Source of the DNA: Candidatus Woesearchaeota archaeon
GTDB lineage: Archaea; Nanobdellota; Nanobdellia; Pacearchaeales; GW2011-AR1
Reading direction: 5' to 3'
DNA: 64,000 bases
Assembly: GCA_964516745.1 (NCBI GenBank)
Contig: CAZEYD010000001.1
Coordinates: forward strand, 17,234-81,233
Part shown: piece by piece, positions 40,456-49,837 of the stretch
How the letters are laid out: each line of letters starts with the position of its first letter
How positions within the stretch are numbered: the first letter of the stretch is position 1
Program-made: the position numbers and the translations under genes
Notes under the pieces: generated by a model
What the model was told of the DNA's origin: nothing
Database searches by the model: none
Seen by the model: only the letters and a program-made list of their open reading frames with translations

Positions 40456-40863
40456 ATGAATTATGAAGAATTATTAAATGATGCATACGATAAAGTTGAG
40501 ATAAATTTAGAAACAAAAACCAGTCGATTTGAAATTCCAAAAGTAAAGGGGCATCATATAAAAACAAAAACAATCATAAGCAATTTCCTACAAATAACAG
40601 CACAAATAAGAAGAAACCCCACTCACCTTTTAAAGTTTTTAACAAAGGAATTAGCAAGCCAGGGAGAAATGCAAAATGAGAGATTAATACTTTCAAGAAA
40701 ATTATCTAGTAAAGAAATAAATGAAAAAATCAATAAATACGTTGGGCTCTTTGTATTATGTCCCAAATGTAAAAAACCAGACACAGAAATAATAGAAAAA
40801 AACGGAGAAAACTTTATCCACTGTTTAGCATGTGGAGAGAAAAATCAAATTCACAAACTTTAG
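40456..40863 (+). CDS. eif2b: Translation initiation factor aIF2 beta subunit
   Basis: RFEIP, TIISNF, KFLTKELA, C-terminal CPKC...CLACG zinc ribbon. Confidence 0.95.
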   Translation: MNYEELLNDAYDKVEINLETKTSRFEIPKVKGHHIKTKTIISNFLQITAQIRRNPTHLLKFLTKELASQGEMQNERLILSRKLSSKEINEKINKYVGLFVLCPKCKKPDTEIIEKNGENFIHCLACGEKNQIHKL

Positions 40864-40894
40864 TGAAACAAATAAATTTGGAGGAAAAACAAAA

Positions 40895-41089
40895 ATGGCA
40901 ATTGAAGGACGATGTATGAGATGTAAGGCACAGAAGGTAATGAAAGATGTAAATATGACACAAACTTCTCGTGGTGGTTACATGGCAAAAGGGAAATGCT
41001 CAGAATGTGAATGTGGTATGTGTAAAATCATGTCAAAAGATAACGCATTAAAAGCAATTTCTGATGGTGAAGCTAAAAAAGCTTTCTAA
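40895..41089 (+). CDS. Small zinc-ribbon protein (DUF5679-like)
   Basis: MAIEGRCMRCK...KGKCSECECGMCKI; GGAGG SD supports the ATG at 40895 rather than track 40832. Confidence 0.8.
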   Translation: MAIEGRCMRCKAQKVMKDVNMTQTSRGGYMAKGKCSECECGMCKIMSKDNALKAISDGEAKKAF

Positions 41090-41096
41090 ATCACTC

Positions 41097-41120
41097 TTTT
41101 TTTTATTTTTTTTATTTTTT
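41097..41120 (+). terminator. Oligo-T terminator
   Basis: T-tracts immediately after the stop codon. Confidence 0.6.
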
Positions 41121-41158
41121 GATAAAGTAATAAACAAACCTTTTCGAACATATCGTTT

Positions 41159-41557
41159 TTATCCAAGATATAGAGGTTTACATTTTTCCTTCCTATAAAG
41201 AAAAACCGCCAAATCTTCATTCATTTCTTTAGGACAAACAGAGACAACAAATTCACCTTCATCATATCCTTTAACTAAAAACGAGGATAAAATATTTAAT
41301 ATACTCCAATTTTTGTAAAAATGCCCTCCCATTGTTTCAGAAGCATAATCTCTTTTACTGTCCTTAACATCTATCGCGATTAAATATTCATTACCTTCCA
41401 TTTTTAATCCTCTCAATATAAATCCTTGATCTTTACCTTTGTCATATTCATCTCTATTACAACCATACACTCTCTTAAACGTAGATGTTAAAGATCTAGG
41501 TGCCTTAATCTTTTTTATATCTCCTTCATTAAATTTAACAATATCTTCTATATTCAT
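41159..41557 (-). CDS. Hypothetical protein (132 aa)
   Basis: Clean ORF, no motif recognised. Confidence 0.7.
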   Translation of the reverse strand: MNIEDIVKFNEGDIKKIKAPRSLTSTFKRVYGCNRDEYDKGKDQGFILRGLKMEGNEYLIAIDVKDSKRDYASETMGGHFYKNWSILNILSSFLVKGYDEGEFVVSVCPKEMNEDLAVFLYRKEKCKPLYLG

Positions 41558-41663
41558 AGAAAAAAATAAAAGAATTCTCTTTTAAGTCTTTCTATATTAT
41601 TAACTGTGAAATAAAAAAAAGACTTCACACCAACTTTAAAAAGAATTTTATCATCTCATTAAT

Positions 41664-41972
41664 ATGAAAAAGGAAATTTTAATAAAAATACATAAATCAT
41701 ACCGATGGGTTGTTGCAATATGTGATAAAGATATTTATGGACAAAAACTAGAAGAGGGAATAAGAGAATTGGATTTAACTACTCAATTTTTCCAAGGTGA
41801 AGAAACAGACGAACAAGAGTTAACCAAAATGGTAAAAATGTGTTTATATGAAGACGCAACGTTTTACGTTGTAGGAAACAAATCAATTGAATATGCAAAA
41901 AAGATAAAGCTTATAGAAAATGAAGGAGTCACTTATATTCAAGGTATTCCATTCGCATTAGTTTTACTATAA
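41664..41972 (+). CDS. DUF424 family protein
   Basis: VVAICDKDIYG, FFQGE, VVGNKSI, IQGIPFA. Confidence 0.88.
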   Translation: MKKEILIKIHKSYRWVVAICDKDIYGQKLEEGIRELDLTTQFFQGEETDEQELTKMVKMCLYEDATFYVVGNKSIEYAKKIKLIENEGVTYIQGIPFALVLL

Positions 41973-42085
41973 ATTCTACACTCTATCACCTTCTTAAACA
42001 AGGAACATAAAGTTATTTTTTTTCAAAATATTAACAAATCGCTTTCAATAATAACAGTTATAAACTAACATAAACTCCGATAATT

Positions 42086-42433
42086 ATGGCTGGAAAATTT
42101 AAGGATAAATCAAAAAAAAATAAAATATCAACCCCAACAGATACTGGGTTCATACGAGTAAGACTCCCAAGAAGAAACGAAGTAATTGGAATAATAACTC
42201 AAAGATTAGGGAGCTCAAGAATGTTTGTTTCGGGAATGGATGGAAAAACTAGAAATTGTCGAGTTCCAGGAAGTAAACGAAGGGGACTATGGTTAAGAGA
42301 AGGAGATGTAATGTTAATCAAACCATGGGAATTCGATGATGAAAAGGCAGACATTGAATACAAATATACACCAAATGAAGCAAGAAAATTAAAAGATCTT
42401 GGACATCTACAAACAAACTCTGAAGAATTCTAA
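42086..42433 (+). CDS. eif1a: Translation initiation factor aIF1A
   Basis: RVRLP, LGSSRMFV..DGKTRNCRVPG, LWLREGDVMLIKPW, YKYT. Confidence 0.95.
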   Translation: MAGKFKDKSKKNKISTPTDTGFIRVRLPRRNEVIGIITQRLGSSRMFVSGMDGKTRNCRVPGSKRRGLWLREGDVMLIKPWEFDDEKADIEYKYTPNEARKLKDLGHLQTNSEEF

Positions 42434-42966
42434 TGGTACGAAAAATAGACGTTTTGCAAATAAAGAAAATAAAAAAGGCAATCCCTTTAATCGAGAAAAA
42501 TGTAAAAATACACTTCTCTTTCGGAAAAAGTTATGTTGTAATAAAAGGATCAGAACAAAATGAATATATCACGGAACAAATTGTTATAGCTGTAGATTTT
42601 GGATTTGATCCAGAAGATGCAATTCTATTATTAAAACCAGATTTCTTACTAAAATTCATAGATGTAAGAAATCATACAAGAAGAAAAAATTTGAAAGATG
42701 TAAGAGGAAGAGTTATAGGACGAAAGGGAAAGGCAAAAAAAACTATTGAGAATTTAACAGGTGCAAAGATGGTAATACAAAACAATAATATTGGTCTTAT
42801 AGTAGATACTATTCATTTAGACACAACAATACAAGCAATTGAAACACTAATACACGGAACAAAACATGGAACCATTTTTTCATATTTAGAACGACAAAAT
42901 CAAAGTAGAAATTTAATTGACTCAGACGATTTAGGATTAAAAGATCAAAATAAGGATTTAGAGTAA
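42433..42966 (+). CDS. KH-domain rRNA-processing protein (Dim2/Pno1-like)
   Basis: RVIGRKGKAKKTIENLT GxxG KH motif, GFDPEDA, LIHGTKHG. Confidence 0.88.
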   Translation: MVRKIDVLQIKKIKKAIPLIEKNVKIHFSFGKSYVVIKGSEQNEYITEQIVIAVDFGFDPEDAILLLKPDFLLKFIDVRNHTRRKNLKDVRGRVIGRKGKAKKTIENLTGAKMVIQNNNIGLIVDTIHLDTTIQAIETLIHGTKHGTIFSYLERQNQSRNLIDSDDLGLKDQNKDLE

Positions 42967-43007
42967 ATAACAAACTTTAAATACGAAAAATAATATCAAA
43001 CAATATT

Positions 43008-43080
43008 GCTCCTGTAGCTCAGTAGGTAGAGCACACGGCTGTTAACCGTGTTGTCGGAGGTTCGAGCCCTCCCGGGAGCG
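43008..43080 (+). tRNA. tRNA-Asn(GUU)
   Basis: GCTCCTG/CGGGAGC acceptor, CACGG-CTGTTAA-CCGTG anticodon arm, GGAGG-TTCGAGC-CCTCC T-arm. Confidence 0.95.
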
Positions 43081-43100
43081 TTTTCTCGAACTGTAGACAA

Positions 43101-43191
43101 GTCGGAGGTGAATAATTCGCTTTGAATAAACATATTTAATTTTACAATATTTATGAGATGCAAATTATGAGTAGAGCCCTCCCGGGAGCGT
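43101..43191 (+). repeat. Split duplicate of the tRNA-Asn 3' end
   Basis: GTCGGAGGT (43101-43109 = 43053-43061) and GAGCCCTCCCGGGAGCGT (43174-43191 = 43064-43081), separated by 64 nt. Confidence 0.85.
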
Positions 43192-43321
43192 AAATCTACT
43201 AGAACCTAGGTTTATTCCTTTCCGAGAATCTTTGCTCGAATTTTTAGATGAATCTTACGTACATATTATATACTACTTTTTCTTAATATAATTACAAAGA
43301 GTTGAAAGGAGGTATGATAAA

Positions 43322-44302
43322 ATGCACAAAACACAATTAAATTTCTTAATCATGAGTTTCTTATTAATTGGACTTCTAGGGAATGTCTTAGCAGAAGAAA
43401 TAGTAACTGCTTCGCCTACATTATACAACGAAAAATCTGTTGAATTAACAACAGAAACAGAAAATAATGTTATTCTACCAAAAGCTCGAAAAGTTGGTTC
43501 ATTTGGTGATTTCGCAGACCGAATGAGATTAGCTTTTACTTTCAACCAAGAAAAAAAGATAGAAAGATCTCTAGAAATGGCTGAAAAGAGATTAGCTGAA
43601 ATAGAAGCTTTAGCAGAAGAAAATCCAGAAAAAGCTGAACAATCCAGAGAAAGATACGAATTCTTTTTAGGAAAAGCTGAACAAACTGCTGAAAAAATGG
43701 AGAATAAAAAAGAGGGAGAAAACGCTTCAAAAGAACATGTTAGAAATATTGTTAACGCCCAAAAAAGATTAGAAGAACATAAAGCAAAAGCTAATGGAAT
43801 CTATAACAGAGCACTAACAAACATGCAAGAAAATAATGCTAGTTCTGAAAAAATTGATAAATTAGAAGAAATTTACCAAAAAGTAAACGAACGAAACGCT
43901 GAATTTGAAGAAAAGATAATTGCAAAAAAAGAAAATGCAAAAACAACATATAAAGTAAAATCTGAAAAAAGTGATGATGATTTAAACGCAGAATGGACGG
44001 AAATGGAAAAAGATTTGATAAAGATTAAAGAGAATAGACAAATAAAAGAACAAGAAACAAAAAGACATCTTGAACAAATAAGAACAGAAGAACGAAACAA
44101 ACTTCGAAACCAATTAAGAGAGAATACAAATCTTTCTCAAGAAGAAAAAGAAATGATTCAAAACAGATTAATAAAAGTTAATAAAAAGATGATTCAAAAT
44201 CAGGAAATGATTCCACAGATAAACGTCATAGATAGTGATATAGATGAACAAGAAATGGAAGAAAATAATGACGAGACAGGTAATGGCAACATTAACTCTT
44301 AA
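43322..44302 (+). CDS. Exported coiled-coil protein (DUF5667-like N-terminal domain)
   Basis: Signal peptide; RLAFTFNQEKKIERSLEMAEKRLAEI; Glu/Lys-rich; strong AAGGAGG SD. Confidence 0.75.
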   Translation: MHKTQLNFLIMSFLLIGLLGNVLAEEIVTASPTLYNEKSVELTTETENNVILPKARKVGSFGDFADRMRLAFTFNQEKKIERSLEMAEKRLAEIEALAEENPEKAEQSRERYEFFLGKAEQTAEKMENKKEGENASKEHVRNIVNAQKRLEEHKAKANGIYNRALTNMQENNASSEKIDKLEEIYQKVNERNAEFEEKIIAKKENAKTTYKVKSEKSDDDLNAEWTEMEKDLIKIKENRQIKEQETKRHLEQIRTEERNKLRNQLRENTNLSQEEKEMIQNRLIKVNKKMIQNQEMIPQINVIDSDIDEQEMEENNDETGNGNINS

Positions 44303-44385
44303 AATCAGAACAAAAAAACAACTATTTTATTTTGCACAATTAGTGCTATTTTTTCTTTTTATTGATATTCCAAAATAATATCTTT

Positions 44386-44949
44386 TTAATTATTTTTAAA
44401 TTCATTTTTAACCTTAGAAAATGCGGTTGCTCCGACAATAATTACGGTAAAAACAATAATCAATATATTTTTAACAAGAGGATCTATAGATATCAAAGCT
44501 AAATTTAGCGAATATACTCCAAACACATACAAAACAAAATAATATATATATTCTGACAATACTTCACATCTACTAACATTACTATCTTCAATTACCTCTC
44601 TCAAATAAACAGCAATAGCAAAACCTATTCCAATTAAAACTAGTGCAGTAGTCAAGGCTGGAACTACAACCAACATATCAACAACCACAGAACTTAAACC
44701 ATCAATAGTAAATTGATTCAACGCCAAATTAATAAATATAATATAAACAGACCATTTAATAACCGTAATAATTAGTTTCACAAAACTTGGTCTAATTCTT
44801 TTTTCTATATCTATAACCTTTGCAATTTTTGATAAAAGAGATGCAATAAGTTTACCTAAAAAAATCCCAAGAAGCAAAAGAGCAATAGCCAAAAAAGCAT
44901 CAAAAAAGATAGGATTCCTCATATTATCTAAGATCATTTGTAAAGCCAT
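44386..44949 (-). CDS. Membrane protein resembling the MscS/CmpX TM region
   Basis: Four to five hydrophobic helices, no cytoplasmic beta domain. Confidence 0.6.
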   Translation of the reverse strand: MALQMILDNMRNPIFFDAFLAIALLLLGIFLGKLIASLLSKIAKVIDIEKRIRPSFVKLIITVIKWSVYIIFINLALNQFTIDGLSSVVVDMLVVVPALTTALVLIGIGFAIAVYLREVIEDSNVSRCEVLSEYIYYFVLYVFGVYSLNLALISIDPLVKNILIIVFTVIIVGATAFSKVKNEFKNN

Positions 44950-45000
44950 ATTATGTCAACATCGATATAGTTTAAAAGTTTAATTATTCAGAATATTAAT

Positions 45001-46083
45001 CTAAACCATAGCAAATTTAAGAATACTCTTAACTGCATTTTCCCAAGAATATTTTTTTACTTCCTTTCGTGCGGCTTTCCCCATTTTCTTTCTAAGTTTT
45101 TCATCAAACAACAGCAAGTTAATTTTCTCCATCATTTCTTTTTCATCTTTAACCAAAAAACCAGTTCTCTCATTTTCAATAATATCCTCTGAGGCCGTTA
45201 CAATATCTTTTCCATCTGATCTGAATGCAATACAAGGTAATTCGGCAGCCATAGCTTCTATTAAAACAAGTCCAAAAGATTCATGTCTCGAAGGTAAAAC
45301 AAAAACTTTGGCATTTTCATAATAACTTTTTGGATTATCTATTTTTCCAACTATTTTAATATCTTTAATTCTTGGAGATTTCGAAATCTTTGTTTTTAAT
45401 TCATCCAATCCAGACCCTCCACCAACAATAATCAATTTACCAGAATTAATCTTCTCAAAAGCAGAAATTAAAGCCTCGATGTTTTTCTCTGGCGAAATTC
45501 GTCCAACAAACAAAACTTCATTTTTTCGTTCTTTTTTTAAATCATAATTAATGTCAACTCCTGGAGGAATAACATACACATCATTAATTCTACCAAAATG
45601 CTTTTTGTAATCATCTTTTAAAGATTTACTAAGAGTAATAATTTTAACTCCTTCTATATCAGATATCATCTCCTTTTTTCTTTGCAGAACAGTTTCTTTA
45701 TCGTGTGAATTTAAATCGATATCTTGAATCCCAGGACTAATGTATATGATTTTATTCTTATCAAATAACCTCTTTAATCCTGGAAGAAATATATCCCCTC
45801 CAGATATTATTAGGTCAAAACTTTCATTCCTAAGTTTTTTAACTTTCTCATATGCTCTTTCACTATAATATTTCTTACTTTCTAAAAGAGGAAGCCCTGA
45901 TTTAGGCTTCTCAAATATAATTAAATCCATGTCCTCATAATTCTCTCTCTTTTCTTGTGCTCCTCCAGCAACCATTGTAACCTCATGACCTTGCCTAATT
46001 AATTCTCTAAAGAAATTTCTAAAATATACTACCGTACCATTAAGATATGGTAAAAAAAGACCATTAACAATAAGAATTTTCAT
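45001..46083 (-). CDS. Glycosyltransferase family 4
   Basis: LFVGRISPEKN, PSRHESFGLVLIEAMAA. Confidence 0.92.
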   Translation of the reverse strand: MKILIVNGLFLPYLNGTVVYFRNFFRELIRQGHEVTMVAGGAQEKRENYEDMDLIIFEKPKSGLPLLESKKYYSERAYEKVKKLRNESFDLIISGGDIFLPGLKRLFDKNKIIYISPGIQDIDLNSHDKETVLQRKKEMISDIEGVKIITLSKSLKDDYKKHFGRINDVYVIPPGVDINYDLKKERKNEVLFVGRISPEKNIEALISAFEKINSGKLIIVGGGSGLDELKTKISKSPRIKDIKIVGKIDNPKSYYENAKVFVLPSRHESFGLVLIEAMAAELPCIAFRSDGKDIVTASEDIIENERTGFLVKDEKEMMEKINLLLFDEKLRKKMGKAARKEVKKYSWENAVKSILKFAMV

Positions 46084-48104
46084 TTTAAATAATCACCATT
46101 TCTTACTTTATCTATAATTATTTGATCCGAAAGATCACTTAAAGTAATATTTTTGGTTTTTTGATCAGAATGTAATTTATAAACAAAAGTACTTATTCGT
46201 GGGATTCTTTTTATACAGTGCCCTGCCGAAAGAAGTTTGAAAAAGAAATCATAATCTTCACATCTTAGTTCTGAATCCATTATAATACCCTCATCAATAA
46301 TATTTCTTCTAAACATTATACTCCCTATAGAAACATAATTCTCCTTATCCAAAATATGCCAAGCATATTTGATTTTTTCATTACTCCCTACAAATCTTTC
46401 TAATTTTTCTAACGGCTCGGATATATTAGAAAACTTAACAGATTTTCTAAATTTTATTTTCCCATCAGGAAAAAGTTTTTGAAAATCTCCATAAACCAAA
46501 TCAATCCTCTTATTCCAATCAAGAGAAGCTACTTGTTTTTTTAGTCTGTCAAAAGTAAATAAGTCATCAGCATCCAGGAATGTCAAATAATCCCCCTTTG
46601 CAATTTCAAAAGCACGATTAACAGAAGCTGCTTTCCCTAAATTCTTTTTATTATTGATTGTTATTATTTTCTTATTATTTTCTGCAAAACGACTAATAAT
46701 TTTTTTAGTCTTGTCTGTAGAAGCATCATTAATAACAATCAATTCATAATTCTTATAATTTTGATTCAGCACTGACTCAATAGATTCTTCTATAAATTTT
46801 TCAGCATTATATGCTGGCATAATTATAGAAACCTTGGGATATTCTTCTTGCCTCATTTCCAATTTATTTTTTTTGTTCACTTGTTTATACAAATTTAGTG
46901 TTTTCATCCCAACATCTGCCCAATCAAACAGTTTAGATCTTTCTATAGATCTTCTACTATATCTCTCTCTTAATCTGTAATCTTTTAGTAAATTCAAAAT
47001 TTCTTTTACAAAAAGTCCTGTTCTTAATGGGATAGATTTACCAGCATTCTCAACAACTTCCGGTAATCCCCCTCTGTTAGAAACTATCGGAACACATCCA
47101 CAAGCCATAGCTTCAAGAACAGTCAATCCAAAGCTCTCATACCTCGATGGTTGTATTAATATCATGCATTTATTATAAAAATCAACTAAGTCTTTTCTTT
47201 CAAATGCTTTTTTGTGCCAGATTACTCTTTCGGGAAACTTTTTAATCAAATTATTCATTTGTATCTCAACTTTTTTTAATGTTTGTGGAATTTTGTCTAT
47301 AGGGGCAATCATTTCAAAAATAGCCTCATCATTGTCTTCTAAAACTCCATCTATAATTTCCGGTATTTTATCTATGCCTTTTTCCAGACTGAATCTTCCA
47401 ACATATCCAATTCGTTTATCTTTATTCACATTTTTTTTCGGATAAAACATTTCCGGACAAACAGCATTAGAAATAACTCTAATTTTTTCTTTTTGAATTT
47501 GATAACTTTTTTTAATCTCCTCTTTTAATTCACTGGATACCGAAATTTGTGCATCAGCATATTTAACCGAAGTTTCCATCCATCTAGCAACATCTGTATA
47601 TTTTTTTTCTTCCTGACTAAGCAAATCTAGTCTTCTTTTTTCAAGAGAGTGAAACGTATGCACCCAAGTAATTTCATTAAAATATTTTGATATAAATGCA
47701 CTACCACCGCCTACATTATGAGTATGAATAACGTCAAATTTTCCCTTAGAATGTTCTTTTGAGATTTCCTGAACTACCGCCATTTCAAAGAAAGCGTAAG
47801 ATAATCGTTTCTCCGCTTGAGAATTATTTGTATTTGACATAACATCACTCTTAATCTCATGCACAACAATCTTTCCTTCGCCAATATATTTTTGCCTTAC
47901 TTGGTTTTTGACCCCCTTAGTAAAAACATGAATTTCACATCCTAATTTGGATAACTCTTGTGACAATTGGTAGACATGAACTGCAACACCATCACTTTTA
48001 TATTTTCCGAAATAATTAACAGCGACAAGACCAACCTTGAATGGTTTTACAAAAAGCTTGCGAATATTATAAGCTATCTCATCAAACATTAGAAATACCT
48101 CCAC
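46080..48104 (-). CDS. Fused GT4 plus GT2 glycosyltransferase
   Basis: GT4 PSRYESFGLTVLEAMACG; GT2 SIIMPAYNAEK, INDAS, FLDADD; likely start is the ATG at 48089 after GGAGG. Confidence 0.92.
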   Translation of the reverse strand: MEVFLMFDEIAYNIRKLFVKPFKVGLVAVNYFGKYKSDGVAVHVYQLSQELSKLGCEIHVFTKGVKNQVRQKYIGEGKIVVHEIKSDVMSNTNNSQAEKRLSYAFFEMAVVQEISKEHSKGKFDVIHTHNVGGGSAFISKYFNEITWVHTFHSLEKRRLDLLSQEEKKYTDVARWMETSVKYADAQISVSSELKEEIKKSYQIQKEKIRVISNAVCPEMFYPKKNVNKDKRIGYVGRFSLEKGIDKIPEIIDGVLEDNDEAIFEMIAPIDKIPQTLKKVEIQMNNLIKKFPERVIWHKKAFERKDLVDFYNKCMILIQPSRYESFGLTVLEAMACGCVPIVSNRGGLPEVVENAGKSIPLRTGLFVKEILNLLKDYRLRERYSRRSIERSKLFDWADVGMKTLNLYKQVNKKNKLEMRQEEYPKVSIIMPAYNAEKFIEESIESVLNQNYKNYELIVINDASTDKTKKIISRFAENNKKIITINNKKNLGKAASVNRAFEIAKGDYLTFLDADDLFTFDRLKKQVASLDWNKRIDLVYGDFQKLFPDGKIKFRKSVKFSNISEPLEKLERFVGSNEKIKYAWHILDKENYVSIGSIMFRRNIIDEGIIMDSELRCEDYDFFFKLLSAGHCIKRIPRISTFVYKLHSDQKTKNITLSDLSDQIIIDKVRNGDYLK

Positions 48105-48228
48105 TGTCGATTCTAGCTAAATAAGGACACCCATCAATAGAGATTTCTTCTACGAAACCAACTACAATATTACCACAACACTTGAGGTCAGGGTCATCTT
48201 CATCAGATAATGTACTAGACATTTCCAT
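48082..48228 (-). pseudogene. 48-aa ORF resembling the N-terminus of a retropepsin-like (RimK-N type) aspartic protease, truncated
   Basis: Manual translation MEMSSTLSDEDDPDLKCCGNIVVGFVEEISIDGCPYLARIDSGGISNV; stop overlaps the GT start (ATGTTTGA). Confidence 0.5.
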
Positions 48229-48366
48229 AAAATAAAAAATTCACACCCCATTAAAAAGCTTCCCCATCATAAAAAAACGCCTATAAGTTTAAAAACCCAA
48301 AATAAACAAAATTTCATCATCGCCAATTCGATAGTTTTAAAAATCGAAACAAATTTAAGTATAAAT

Positions 48367-48442
48367 AGCGGGGTGGAGCAGTCTGGTCAGCTCGTGAGGC
48401 CCATAACCTCAAGGTCACGTGGTTCAAATCCCGTCCCCGCTA
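48367..48442 (+). tRNA. Initiator tRNA-Met(CAU) with atypical features
   Basis: A1-U72 AGCGGGG/CCCCGCT, A11-U24, TGAGG-CCCATAA-CCTCA. Confidence 0.9.
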
Positions 48443-48528
48443 TTTTGATTTGGAATAAATAATCAAGAAGAGAAATTATAATAAAGTTCACAAACAATTT
48501 ATCGTAAACTATAAAAATTTAATCAACC

Positions 48529-49824
48529 TTAAAATCCTATCTTCTCATTAAACTCATCAGAAATATTAGTAAGCATCTTCTCTTTAATCTTCTCAGAATC
48601 ATAATACCAAGCTTTATGTCCCAGGACCCAACCTAACTTAATATACGCAGTCTCAGATAACATATCACCCAAATAAATAACCCCACAATCAGCAATATCT
48701 CTACCTCTAGAATAAACATTAGAATTCAATCTACCATAAATCGTCTGAGCAACTGCAAAAATCGCCATACCATCATTTATCAATTTCTTAATCTTCGGCA
48801 ACCAATTATAACGACCATCTTTACCAGGAATCTGTCCAATACCAGCAACCTCTAAAATAATTCCCTTATATCCTTTCTCCTTATAATAATCCAAAACATC
48901 CGGATCCTGACCGGGCACAATCTTAACAACAGCAACCTTATCATTAAACTTAGAATCAATCTTAACAACCTTCTTATTATCCCTCATCTTAAATTCCTTC
49001 AAAATATCGAAACGATCTAAATTAATTCTAGCAATAGGAGAATCATTAACAACCTTAAACGCATCACGACGAGAAGTATGCATCTTACGAACTTTGGTAG
49101 CAGGCATAGCCAAACAATTCTCATCATGTAAATCTTCGTGAGCAATCAAAGCAACTTCAGCAACATCACTCACAGCAAACTTTGCAGCACAAACCAAATT
49201 CAAATCAGCATCAGTACTCGCCCTATCAATAGACCTCTGCGAACAAGTAAGAGCAATAGGCTTATTCAGGTTCTTAATAAAAAATGATAACGCAGAAGCA
49301 GTATAATGCAAAAAATCAGTTCCATGAGTAATAATCAAACCATCAACCTTTTCACTATTCAATTCTTTTTCACAAATCTCAGCAAGTTTTTTCCAATCAA
49401 CAGACGACATATCCTCAGACCATTTCATAAAAGGTCTTACAACCTTTACAATATTACAAACATTCTGCAAATCCGGAGAAATATTCAAGATTTCCTCAGC
49501 TCCCGTAAATAAAACACCACCTGTCTTAGGATCTAACCGAGAAGATATCGTCCCACCAGTAATAATCACAACAACATTTCTTAAATTCTTATTTTTTTCA
49601 ATCTTAAAATTATCTTTAACTTTTTTTCCTGCTTTTTTAATCAACTTTGCAGATAAAACACTCTCTTCTCTAATACCAATATTATATCCCGTCTCTAATT
49701 TTAACAAAAGAATCTCAGGATTATAAGATTCCAAAATAAAACCATCCCAACTTCTATCCTTTGTCTTTAATTCAACAAAATCGCCAGCATTAAATTCCTT
49801 AACCTTCATAAGAATAAATTTCAA
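48529..49824 (-). CDS. gatD: Glu-tRNA(Gln) amidotransferase subunit D
   Basis: LKLETGYNIG N-domain, TGGTISSR, THGTD, SQRSIDR, KMHTSRRDAF; likely ATG at 49809. Confidence 0.95.
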   Translation of the reverse strand: MKFILMKVKEFNAGDFVELKTKDRSWDGFILESYNPEILLLKLETGYNIGIREESVLSAKLIKKAGKKVKDNFKIEKNKNLRNVVVIITGGTISSRLDPKTGGVLFTGAEEILNISPDLQNVCNIVKVVRPFMKWSEDMSSVDWKKLAEICEKELNSEKVDGLIITHGTDFLHYTASALSFFIKNLNKPIALTCSQRSIDRASTDADLNLVCAAKFAVSDVAEVALIAHEDLHDENCLAMPATKVRKMHTSRRDAFKVVNDSPIARINLDRFDILKEFKMRDNKKVVKIDSKFNDKVAVVKIVPGQDPDVLDYYKEKGYKGIILEVAGIGQIPGKDGRYNWLPKIKKLINDGMAIFAVAQTIYGRLNSNVYSRGRDIADCGVIYLGDMLSETAYIKLGWVLGHKAWYYDSEKIKEKMLTNISDEFNEKIGF

Positions 49825-49837
49825 TCTAAATATAAAA

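Noticed and set aside
41605-41629. TGTGAA-N13-TTCACA palindrome as a CRP-like operator
   Set aside because: Spacing differs from CRP sites, there is a single occurrence and no cognate regulator nearby
43110-43173. The 64-nt insert as a T-loop intron of a split or second tRNA-Asn
   Set aside because: No bulge-helix-bulge can be formed at the junctions and no matching 5' half is adjacent
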